A stretch of DNA of 64,000 nucleotides, taken from Takakia lepidozioides. Lineage: Eukaryota > Plantae > Bryophyta. This document shows, piece by piece, positions 27,801-38,213 of this stretch. The stretch is taken from positions 28,768,001 to 28,832,000 of the forward strand of contig CM060733.1 in the NCBI GenBank assembly GCA_030704615.1, in the 5' to 3' direction. Positions within the stretch are counted from its first letter, which is position 1; each line of letters begins with the position of its first letter. A model generated the notes under the pieces. It saw nothing but the letters and a program-made list of their open reading frames with translations. It searched no databases and was not told where the DNA came from. The translations under genes were made by a program, and so were the position numbers.

Positions 27801-27880
27801 GTGGCCAACTCAATACAGATCTCTTGACCCTTCAGTGCTCCCAAGTCCTTCAAACTGAAGGCAAAGCAATTCATGTAAGC
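24870..27880 (-). pseudogene. pol RT - RNase H - integrase - PHD finger of family 1 (stops and frameshifts)
   Basis: [75 protein letters not shown], and a C-terminal CMLC...C..C...H..C...WLCPHC. Confidence 0.92.
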
Positions 27881-28012
27881 CCTCAGGAACCGCCGTATAC
27901 GTCGTCTCTCTCCTCCGGTGACAATGGGTCCAATGTCAGGCTCCCAATTATCCTCCGTAACTGCAACCTTAAGTCCAGTGGGCTTAGAGGTAGAGGACGC
28001 GTCCAGTGGTTG

Positions 28013-29470
28013 CTATGTTGCAACCTCTTGAGCAGTACTCCCTGCCTGCTCAGTCAATGACAAGGCCTCATCCTGCCCCATCATCTCATCCTTGAGGACC
28101 TCCTCAACCCGAGAAGAATCCCCAACCTCATCCATCACAGCCGCCTTGGCTGCCAACTCCCTCTGAACCTCGAGCACCTCCCACGTGTGCCATGGATGCA
28201 TGCACCTCGTGGTCCTCACATGCTCGCCCCCACTCACTGCCTGTACCGTCTCGGTAGGCAGAGAGACCATCGAGGGAAGTGTACTCCGCACTCTGCGTTG
28301 CTTAGCCAGAGCCAAGCTGATAATCCAGGTTAAGCAATTGAGATCCATTGCTTGCCCCAACACTTGACGACGTGATGCCTCAGAAAGAGACAACACCACC
28401 GTGGTACCAGTGGTAAAACCCATTGCCCGCTCACGCTCGTCAGCATTAGGCTCCACTAACTGCTGCAACTGAGCATCCCACAGGAGGCCAGGTCCACTAT
28501 CCCGGAAAGCATGCGATCCTGGGAAGCTGAGCAGTGTAGGTAATGCTGCTCGTGGTTGACCCACCTTGTTGACCACTGCCAAAGGCGAACGGTCATCGTG
28601 TCTCACACGCTGAGACTGCCTCCCTGTGTCCAGAATGTTATCCACTGTGAGATGTGCTGGCCGCTGCTCCCCATCAAATGCACGCTTGAGCAGTGCGGGT
28701 GGCATCAAGTTAGTCCACCATAGCCGTGGACGATGAGCCCGTGACCCCACTGTAGCTGCATCTAGCAACACTGCTGACCCAAGCCACGACTGGACTTGAT
28801 GCACACTGGCCATCACCCTGGCCCGAGAATCGCCCATCAGTGGCACATTCTCCAAGATGTATGCTGGAGATACAGCTTGATGAAGCTGCAAGTGACGCGA
28901 AACCCGCACCATCTCCCAAAACAGACCCGACCTCGAGTCTCGTAATCCATTGCCATGCCCGGCTGATGAATGCCCTTGGCAGGGCCAACCTGCCACTACC
29001 AGATCAATGGAGCCAACTCGCTCCAAATCCTGCGCCCCCAGTAACGAAATGTCTGCTGGCAAGGCCTGCTGATATCCACAAATTGCAGACACCGACAACA
29101 ACTCAGGGTACCGCTGAGCAACATGGCGAAGTGAAACGCGTCGTGCAGTCTCATCCCTCTCCACATACATGTAACGCCGAACTCGTACACCTGCCTGTAA
29201 CACAGCAGCCAATCCGGTGCTTATCCCACCAAACAAGTCCAGAAGACAAATGCCTTCATCCGGATACTGCCACACAATAGGTGTGGTGTCCAATGGAGAC
29301 AACTGAGGTGGTCCTGGTGCAATCCCCGCACTCTCCTCCTCTCCTGACGGTACAAAAGCCTCCACCCAGGCTTGTTGCATCCGTCGATCAGCATCCCGCT
29401 GCAAATCCTTGCTCGTGCCCCACAATGGAGTCTGAGCAACCATGGTAGGCAACTCCGCCATACCATACAT
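28013..29470 (-). CDS. Retrotransposon-encoded DNA (cytosine-5) methyltransferase, DNMT3-like
   Basis: Ordered C5-MTase motifs: I LDLFGGISTG, II YVERD, IV DLVVAGWPCQGHS, VI YILENV, VIII AHRPRLWWTNL, IX ERERAMGF, X RRQVLGQAMD. The frame is open across the whole domain. Confidence 0.92.
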   Translation of the reverse strand: MYGMAELPTMVAQTPLWGTSKDLQRDADRRMQQAWVEAFVPSGEEESAGIAPGPPQLSPLDTTPIVWQYPDEGICLLDLFGGISTGLAAVLQAGVRVRRYMYVERDETARRVSLRHVAQRYPELLSVSAICGYQQALPADISLLGAQDLERVGSIDLVVAGWPCQGHSSAGHGNGLRDSRSGLFWEMVRVSRHLQLHQAVSPAYILENVPLMGDSRARVMASVHQVQSWLGSAVLLDAATVGSRAHRPRLWWTNLMPPALLKRAFDGEQRPAHLTVDNILDTGRQSQRVRHDDRSPLAVVNKVGQPRAALPTLLSFPGSHAFRDSGPGLLWDAQLQQLVEPNADERERAMGFTTGTTVVLSLSEASRRQVLGQAMDLNCLTWIISLALAKQRRVRSTLPSMVSLPTETVQAVSGGEHVRTTRCMHPWHTWEVLEVQRELAAKAAVMDEVGDSSRVEEVLKDEMMGQDEALSLTEQAGSTAQEVAT

Positions 29471-29476
29471 GTCATC

Positions 29477-30465
29477 CTACTCTCCCGGAGGTGGTACATC
29501 CTTTGAATGAGCGTTTCCCTCGAGCAACTCTCTAGGCCAACTCACTGCCGTTGTGAATGCTGCTAGTGTCGGCATCTTGCCTCGCTGGGCAACCGCAACT
29601 CCTCCTATGAACGTCACAGGAAGCTGCACACGCCGGCCCTCCCCTGACTGCCATGTAGGCCTATAGGAACCTGACTCCTCCCAAAAATCCAGGGTGAAGC
29701 CCATGGGGTACAACATTGCCCCACCAACCAGGACATCGTATGAGACCACGTCTGTCACAATGGCCTTGGCTCGCATCACTGAGCCATCTGTAGGGATCCG
29801 GCCGTAGTCTGATAGCCAACTCACGCCGTGTCATGCCCCGAGCTTGCTCCGATCCTCCCAGAGACGTCTGTATCTGGAAAGGACAAGGCTCCATATCCGC
29901 CTCCGTGAGGCCCAAGCCTGCAATAGCAGCTCTGCCCAGCATCAGTGGCTGAGCTCTCGAGTCCAACAAGACCCGCAGTGGCCGGTACCTCTTGCCTGCC
30001 GGTCCACTCAAACAGAAAATGCTATCCTGGTTGTCTAACATGACAACTCCAGGTGTCACCATGGCGCGCTCAATGGCTGGCTTAGCTGGCAGCTCCATCA
30101 ACCTGGCAGCTGCAGCTTGCCATGGCACCGCCGTGGCAGTCTTGACCCTCAAATCCGAGGATCCCTCCGGCACTACACCTCCCAGTATCTCCGCAGAAGA
30201 TGAAGTAACCTCCCGACTCTCACAGAGTGTAGCTGCCAGCCTGAACACCTCAGCTGGTCTTACCCCCGGCGTCGCAATTATGGTAGCCGAGAACAATGGA
30301 GCCTGGCACACAGATGTGGCCGCTCCTAGCAGAAAGGCGTAAATAGTTGTGGATTGCGCATTTGCTGCAAATCACACCAACTATCAAACTCTTGGATAAA
30401 ATCATCCAACTCGATGGTGCCCACCACCCCAGAGTACCTTCGTGGCCCCTTGGTAGCTCCATACA
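29477..30465 (-). pseudogene. Aspartic protease plus short gag N-terminal remnant of family 1
   Basis: LRVLLDSRAQPLMLG (DSG>DSR) and YDVLVGGAML. A capsid-like start, RYSGVVGTIELDDFIQEFDSWCDLQQ, lies at ~30340-30440 and then jumps to the pre-PR linker. Confidence 0.7.
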
Positions 30466-31329
30466 TCTCCTCCATTGTGTCCCACAACAATGACAAAGAA
30501 CAACTTGCACCGCCGGTATGAGTCCTCCTGATTCACAATCCGAATCAGAACCTTCCGTAGAAGACACAGGAGGTGAAGGTGGCCTAAACCGTACACCTTG
30601 TCTCGTGTACCCACTAGTATCGCTAGTGCTTGAACCGGCACTGTCCCCAGCGACTAATGGCACCTCTGTGTTGACACTCAACCGGTCATGAACATGTCCT
30701 TAACCCCTTCTCCACAAGGTAACCGGGTAGAGAACCTGTTGCGGCTTATGGTTTGGAATACTAAGTTCTTAACATAGCCTACACCTGTACCTGCATCCAC
30801 CGCAAGCACTCCTATGGTTGGCTGGTCATCACCTCCAACCTCACCACAGGAGAAACAATGATGGTCTGGCTAGTCATCACCCCAGCATCGACAACATGCT
30901 CTAGGACTGGCCGGTGATCAAATCCAGACCAATCACCTATAAAAACAAGCGCCCACACAAAACTAGCATGGCGCACAGTCAAGCATGCAGGTATGGAGGG
31001 GATCCAAACACAAGAAATCAGAACGACAACTCCCCCACACCAAAAACAACTCCACGGTGTTGCTCCTGCAAGGACACCCCAGCCCAAACCCGAACTGACT
31101 CTTGCCTCCACCTGCGGAAAGGTCTTGGCCTAATGAGAGGGTGGAAACTACAAGGAAGAGAAGCTAAAGCAATGCCTAACCCCAGCATGCCCTCATCCCA
31201 ACACTCTTCCTCTCCTCTATTCCCTCACTTGCATGACCATGGGAATATCATGAAGATACTCCTCAAACCGCCCTCCACGAGCTTCAAAATTCGGCCTTCA
31301 AGACCACATGCCAGTCCTTAGGCAGTCCA

Positions 31330-31790
31330 CCAGTGCCTCCACGAGTCAGCACAGGCCGTCCACAGGTCAACACGAGCCACCAGACCAGCACAGGCCCACA
31401 CAGCTCACTGGTCACAGCCATCACAGTCCCACAGGCCACTGGGCACAGCCCGTCACAGCCCGTCACAGCCCCACAGGCCACAGGGCATAGCCCGCCACAG
31501 CCTGTCACAGCCCCGCACAGCCCGTCACAGCTCGCCACAGCCTGTCACAGCCCCGCACAGCCCGTCACAGCCCCACAGGCCACTGGGCACAGCCTGTCAC
31601 AGCCCCTCACAGCCCGTCACAGCTCGCCACAGCCCCTCACAGCCCCAAAGGCCTCAGGCACGGCCTGACATAGCCCCTCACAGCCCGTCACAGCCCCAAA
31701 GGCCTCAGGCACGGCTTGTCACAGCCCCGCACAGCCCGTCACAGCCCCAAAAGGCCACCGGCACAGCCCGTCACAGCCCCATCCATGGCC
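31330..31790. repeat. Short-unit (~10-11 bp) degenerate tandem repeat in the retroelement leader
   Basis: Many copies of (gt)cacagccc / cacaggcc. Confidence 0.85.
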
Positions 31791-33315
31791 GCTCTGGCAG
31801 TTTAGCCATTTCTCCAAGGGGTTTAGCCACGCCAAGCTAGGGTTTGTATCTCTTGGACTCTAGGCTTCTTTCCACCGAGCTATGGCGGCTGTGAGGAAAT
31901 CAGCAAGGTATTCTTGCTCTTTCGGCTCCCACACACCACCATAATAGCCCTAAGCCATGAGGTGGTTGCCACAAACCAAGCCTTCTTTCTCACTTAGCCT
32001 CCCCAAACACGCCACTAAACTCAATGGCAAACAACCAAGCCCTGCTGGTTCCCAGCCCTTGTGATCACTCATTCAAGCACTCTCATTGGCCATAGCATCT
32101 ATCTTAGAGCCTATTCCAACCCCCTACACCTGCTGCTTCAAGAGTTGCGCTCCCTTCAAGCTTGAAGTTGAAACCCCAACTCACATAGGCCCTACAAGTG
32201 CTTTTCTTTCACTCCAAGTGGAAACCAGCCCTAGACCTTCCATTCTAGCTCTCTAAAGCTTGAAAACAAGAGCCTCAATGGCCTGAAGGCATGCTCCACA
32301 CATGCCCCACTCTCACCATAAGAGAATCAGCTCCTTTGCTTCATTTCTTGCACCCACAAACCTGAAAATACAAGCTTCAGCAGGCTGAAAGCATGCTCCA
32401 CATGCCCTACAGGGAAACCAGCCCCTTCCTTCCTTTCTTGCACTCCCACACCTGAAAGTGCAAGCCTTCACCAGGCTGATAGCATGCTCCACACATGCAT
32501 TGCCCTCACATAAGGGAAGTCAGCCCTTCCCTCTTCCTTGCTTGCCCTCCAAGCTTGAAGATGGAAGCTTCAATGAGCTGAATACATGCTCCACACATGC
32601 AACCTCTTCACACAAGAGATATCAGCCCCCTATCTTGGCTCCTTGGCTCCTTGATGCTCTCTAAGACAAGACTAAGCACTCCACAGCCTTTGCCAAGCTC
32701 CTGAAACCCTAAGGCTTACATTTCCAGCCACAAGACACTTCTCTTGTGGTGCAAGAGCTCTTCTTCCAAGCTCTGAAACCCTAGGTGCACATTCCATGGC
32801 CTTGCCGCACCTCTTAGCTCCTGTTCCAGCCCTGCTCTTGCCATGACAAGAGCCCTCTCAATGCTAAAGCTCGAGATTGAAACCCAATCTCACCATACTC
32901 CACAAAGTGCACTGATTTGCCCCAAGCCAAATCAGCCCTTTTGCTTGGTCTTGCAATCCTTCACACAATGAAAGCTCGCATTCCCAAGTCCAGTTCTCAG
33001 CTTTGCCACCAAAGCCACTATAACCTGCTCTTGACTGGTCCTCTTCCCAATCGTGCTTGCTCATGCATGTACACAATCTGAAACCATCAAGGTGCTCTGG
33101 AATTACCTGCAGCATGGTGTTTTCATCTCTGAAGCTGAAGATCGAATGCCAAGGTCTACCACCTCGTAACCCACATCGCCTCCGCTTCTAACAACCAAGA
33201 GCTCCACGGTGCTCCTTGCATAACAACTTGGTTTCTCTCATTCTCAAGCAAAAACCACAAGTGCTACAACTAACTCGCATCTGACACTCACAGATACGAG
33301 CTGATCTTTCTCGAG

Positions 33316-33632
33316 TGATAAAGAAGAAGAATACAAGCACGAGCTCACAAATCTGAAGCATAAACTCATGCATATATAACCTCATCACTCAAATATAAGT
33401 CAAGCCAAGTGCACCCCACGCCATGGGGAATCCACACTACGGCGCCATAGCTAGGCGCGGTGAGGCTCAACTCGAGAAAGATGAGCCTTCCGCGCTTGCC
33501 GTGAAGATAACCACTCCAGGGCCTAAATCTGCCTTGACTCCTGGATTGACACTTGGGCCAATCCCAAATGTCAATATGTAAAAGCTAGCTATTTCCTAGC
33601 TAGTTTCACACTAGTGATAAAATAACTTGACA
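33316..33632 (-). repeat. 5' half-LTR (segment B only) of family 1
   Basis: About 6-7 differences from 24122-24438. No A segment lies beyond it; it ends ...aacttgaca followed by the TSD. Confidence 0.92.
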
Positions 33633-34290
33633 AATCTCTTAGTCCACGTCCGTCCATATTGGTTCAAAAGCATGCAGGTTTTTGAACAAAAACATTGTCA
33701 TAGAAGAGTTTCGTGTTGAGAAACTCTTTTGTATGGTGAAACAATTCAAATCCCTCAGTCCATTCCCCTCTATATTGATTCAAAAGCATGTAGGAAGAGT
33801 TTCGTGTTGAGAAACTCTTTTGTTATGGCGAAGCAATTTATATCTTTCAGTCCATGTCCATCCATATTGGTTCAAAACATGCAGGTTTTAGAACAAAAAC
33901 ACTGTTAGAGAAGAGTTTCTGTTGAGAAACTCTTTTGCTACGCCGAACTAGCAGTTCATATCTCTGAGTTCATATCCCTCCATATTGGTTCTAAGCATGC
34001 AGATTCTTAAACCATAACACTGTCAAACAAGAGTTTCGTATTGAGAAACTCTTTTTTTATGGCAAAAGAGTTCAAATCCCTTAGTTCGTATCCATCCATA
34101 TTGTTTCAAAAGTATGCAGATAAATACACAACCACAGTCGGATAAGAGTTTCGTGTTGAGAAACTCTTTTGTTATGGCGAAGTATTTCAAATCTTTTAGC
34201 TCATATCCCTCCATATTTGTTCAAATGCATGTAGTGCTTTGAACAAATTCACTGACAGACAAAAGTTTCGTGTTGAGAAACCTTTTTCAA
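33633..34290. repeat. ~117-bp tandem array, right part (about 6 units)
   Basis: Resumes in register (aatctcttagtccacgtccgtccatatt...) with the unit interrupted at 23943. Confidence 0.9.
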
Positions 34291-35686
34291 TCTTTGAATT
34301 TATTATTAAAAATTGTCGACATTGATGTTATCAAAGCGAAACAATATCAGACCTTCTCAGATTCTGTGATAAAATTCACGGCACAAGAAGGAATATCCTG
34401 GTTTTATTGATGATCTAAATGACAGATGTACATGTTAACTTTGTTGTTAAAGGAAATTTCAGTAAGCAAAAGTATCATCATTTGTTATTATGTCTACATT
34501 GTCCTGTGAATCATTTCAATCAATATCGCTATATTTTCTGCTTACTGTGTGTTTGGTGTTATTTTCGGACAAGGGAACAAATACATTTTCCGAGTTCTAT
34601 TTAGCATCACATTTCAATAACATTAGAATTGTATTTTGTATCAACTGCAACTATTTTGTTTTCGTTGCATGAAATTATTGCGATATTTTTTCTTTTAAGG
34701 CTCTCTTTTCTCAATGCGAAACCCACCGCTGCTTAGATTTGTGCCCATATCACCAAGTATTTCTCAATGCGAAATTCGCCGCCATCGCTATAGGTTTAGG
34801 GTTTCTGGCTACACTATTGAAGGTTTCGCCTCACTGGATTGGTGCAGATGTACCATATAAATGCACCAGTCCTCTATATCCACTTATGATTTTATTCCAT
34901 TATGAAAACATATAACTCCTATGACCGAGGTTAAAAAATCATAAAACTCCCATGACCGTGGGTTGTGCTAACGCGCGCGTGAGCATGCTCACCGCTGTGC
35001 TCACGCGATACCAACCCCCGTATAGAACACTATTTTAACTAATTCTGGACTTTTGTTTGGTCCAGAAATAATACAAGATATATGAATAATTATAATCTAT
35101 AATAGAAATAAAGAGATATATCTATAATTATTTGACTATTTGTGCACTATATAACAACAAATTATGTAATCCTCCACACATTCTACGCAAAAATACAAGT
35201 ATGTATTGTGGTCTTAGATGAACATCCACTGCCAAGTTAGCCCCAATGCCGCCTAGGGTCAGGGTGCGGACCCTACCTGCGGTAGACCCATCCTCGTGGC
35301 AAACCCACCGGGGCCCGGTCATGGAGGTCATGGATCGCAGCGGGGCCACCTAGGGGCGTCCGACGTCCGTGCATGGGCATGCTACCTGGCTCACACGTGA
35401 GCCTTAAACTCCCAATTATTCAACAATGAGAAGCATCTCCCCCCCTATTTCATTAACTATCACCAACCTGGGCCCACCTCTTCACATGCCCTCGTTCTCC
35501 TCACTCCACAATCCTTGCCCGCCCCTCCCACACCACTAAACCACCTATGCAGGGCTTTTGGCGGGCCTCCTAGAGCCATAACCCGCCTATAGAGGTCTTG
35601 GGATAGGCCTAGGGAGAACCAAACACACCTAGGCAAGTCTTGGGCCGGATAAGACGCACGGATGGGCCCGGCGGTCAGGGTTGGAC

Positions 35687-36274
35687 GTTCACAGCAGATT
35701 AGGCACAAATTAAATTTAAAAAAAATGCCTAAGCAAATCTGTGATTTTCCAAAGATTTATGCATAAAAGGTTGGAAAAATAATATGAAAGTGCCTAATTA
35801 AGTAAAATTGTCTAAAAAATTTCTTAGGTCCATACAACCTCCAAAGGACCTTCCAATGAGTCCCAAACATCCTGCATATGCTCATCATTGAAGTCTTCAT
35901 CCCAATTCAAGTTAGGCACATCTGAGTCTTCAATGTGCAAATTTCCAAGGCAGCGACTCATGCTCTCCACCACGTCAACATCAAGATAGAAATTTGGAAC
36001 CTCTGAGCAACTAAGAGTTCTTTCCACTTCCACTTGAGGAGCTGTGGGCTGTAGACAAAGGCTATGTAAAATTGGCTCTCATAGCCTCACACTGAAACTG
36101 AATAAGGGTGACATAACAAAAAAGCGGGTAACACTTATCCAGGGTTGACTGTAATACATTCCTAATGTTTGGAAAATACCTAGGTGAGGTGCCTAAATAA
36201 TAAAAACGAATCTGCCCAATAATATTTCAAATTTAATAATTATTAGGCACTGGGGTGCCTAATCTGCTATGAAC
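35687..36274. mobile_element. Non-autonomous TIR element (hAT-like deletion derivative or MITE)
   Basis: Inverted ends gttcacagcagatttaggcac / gtgcctaatctgctatgaac, with repeated subterminal gcctaa/ttaggc motifs and an internal acidic ORF remnant (35824-36033). No TSD resolved. Confidence 0.55.
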
Positions 36275-36544
36275 CTACGGTACGGTGGTATATATCCGGC
36301 TCAGCACAGGGAAATTCCCTGTCCGTAATAAGACAAGATATGTCTAACGTGGAATTTCCCTGTAAGACACCCCGCATCGGGAAAGTCTGCTCCAGAAGAC
36401 CCGTAAAAGCACAAAGGAAAAAGCCAAAAAATCTTTACGATTCAAGTGAGATTCCGAGTCAAATCCTCTTACCATGTTAGGTGGTATTATATTCTCCCGG
36501 TTGTGCCAAAGTTACTTGGAAAGAGGTTATTTTATTCGCTCATG

Positions 36545-36745
36545 TCGCATTCCATAGGACGAGGAGGGGAGTGAGGACCGGGAAAAGGGGATTCCATAGG
36601 ACGAGGAGAGGAGCGAGGACCAGGAACGGGGAGCAAGCCACGTTCCATAAGGCGAGGAGGGGACCGGGACAAGGGAGCGGGGACCAAGAACAAGGAGCGA
36701 GGACAAGGGATCGAGGATAGGGGAGCAAGACTGGGAACAAGGAGG
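36545..36745. repeat. Purine-rich minisatellite
   Basis: ttccata(g/a)g(a/g)cgaggag x3, plus ggaccgggac/aagggagcg-type units. Confidence 0.7.
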
Positions 36746-36914
36746 GGGAGCGGCGATATTGGACTTAGGATCATTTTGGAGATGAAAAAGTATATTCATC
36801 AGTCCCATGTGCATCCAATCAGTCACCGTGATTTCATGGCCACGAATTGAACTTCAGATTTCGTTTTTGCAATATTCATCACCTAGCCACCACACTACCA
36901 TCCACTTCCACTAA

Positions 36915-37307
36915 CGGCCAACTTCCTTGTCTCGGCCATAGGCCAAGTTGGCACTAGATGACAAAAATGACACCCCGCTTTCATGCCTGAGCGCGAATTT
37001 GGCGCGAGAGTTCATGGCTGATATTGGTAATTGCTTTTGACCTGCTGTACTAGGTTACCATGTCTCTTCTACCTACTGTGAAGGTCACCTGTGTGCACAT
37101 TGCTTGCCTCGGCACTCTTTGATTACGGGACCCACCCTTTGACCGGCTCAATTGGTCCCGGCGCCTTGGACGGCGAGGCAGACTACATTCCTTTTGAATC
37201 CTATGCACATAAAAGCAACGAGCCATGCCACCAGTCGGCCATTCTCCACAGACGTCGGCAATCCTTAGATAACTTGGCCGATTTGGCCTAGACATGGAAC
37301 TTGGCCC
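36915..37307. mobile_element. Tourist/PIF-Harbinger-like MITE
   Basis: ~35-bp imperfect TIRs (ggccaacttccttgtctcggccataggccaagtt vs the reverse complement ggccaagttccatgtctaggccaaatcggccaagtt), flanked by TAA at 36912-36914 and 37308-37310. Confidence 0.7.
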
Positions 37308-38213
37308 TAACCTTTGATTTCCTAATGCTTTATTCTACAAATACAGGCTGGCATGTGAGAGGGGAGCAAGGGGGGGTCTGGGTTGGGGATTTCACACTGC
37401 GCCCTCCAGGAAAGTCGCCGGTACGGCCATCCCCGGCGACAGTACCCATCCCGGGGCTACCTTACTAGCAAGGCTCCAACGCTTGCATTCAACTCGTTGG
37501 GTAAGCGTAGTATGCTCCCAGTGAAATGGGCCTAGGGTGTTTCCTTTACTTTTGATTTTTACTTTTTTTAATCTCTTATCTAGGATTTTGGCTACATGGT
37601 TTCACCACGTTTGGAGGGGTAGAGCGGAGGTTGCTTCGCAGGGCTATTAAAATATATATCCTGATAAACTCCGATGGCCAATTTGCCACAGTGCATGTTT
37701 GGAACACGAGAAATTCAGCCAACAGAGAAAACATCATCTGAATAGCAACCAAATGTGTACTCCGAGCCGATCACATGAGACTTGATTATTCTAGCGACTA
37801 CTCTAATGTGCTTTGTTACAGGCATGGGCTGCTTTGCAAGTGACAAGGTGTTAAAGCTACTGGGATGTCCTGCCCTGCGACGTTTATACCTTTACAAGAT
37901 AATATTGGCTCAAGAGAGCACTGCCTTCCGAGGTGGTCGGTTGATGTAGCAGCATGGGGCTTCATAAAACCAATACCTATAGTTCCTGGTCTTGGACCGC
38001 CTGCCATGTGAGATGGTCCTGTGGGTTTCCAACCCAGGGACGATCTCTGAAAAGCTCTTTTTCAATATCCCTGCCTGCTTCTCTTCTGCTACTGGGGAAT
38101 AGAAAGCCTTCTTGCAGACTGCACACGCACTCTCTCTATGGGGCACCGATTAGTCTCTGGTCATAGGCCAACCCATAAAACAACGAAATAAAGTTTAGGC
38201 ACGCTGCATATGC

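Larger units (their letters stand above)
23944..33632 (-). mobile_element. Ty3/gypsy retrotransposon with DNMT3-like domain, PHD-integrase and permuted LTRs (family 1; both ends present, ORFs decayed)
   Basis: TG...CA ends with a 4-bp TSD AATC (23940-23943 and 33633-33636). Minus-strand order: gag remnant, PR, DNMT, RT (YIDD), RNase H, integrase, PHD. Repeats: A 23944-24120, B 24122-24438, gc, A 24441-24619, and B 33316-33632. Confidence 0.93.

Noticed and set aside
28013-29470. Host DNMT3/DRM gene or bacterial contamination
   Set aside because: It is intronless, collinear with pol between PR and RT, and present at the same position in two element families.
30914-31668. Antisense Pro/Thr-rich ORFs in the retroelement leader
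   Set aside because: The open frames arise from stop-poor tandem repeats, and no domain signal is visible.
23944-33632. DIRS/Ngaro tyrosine-recombinase element, suggested by the split repeats and methyltransferase
   Set aside because: It encodes a protease and a DDE integrase, has TG...CA ends and 4-bp TSDs, shows no YR domain, and its MTase is C5-type.
23030-34290. 117-bp array as a CRISPR-like locus
   Set aside because: Whole units are homologous with no unique spacers, the context is eukaryotic, and there are no cas genes.
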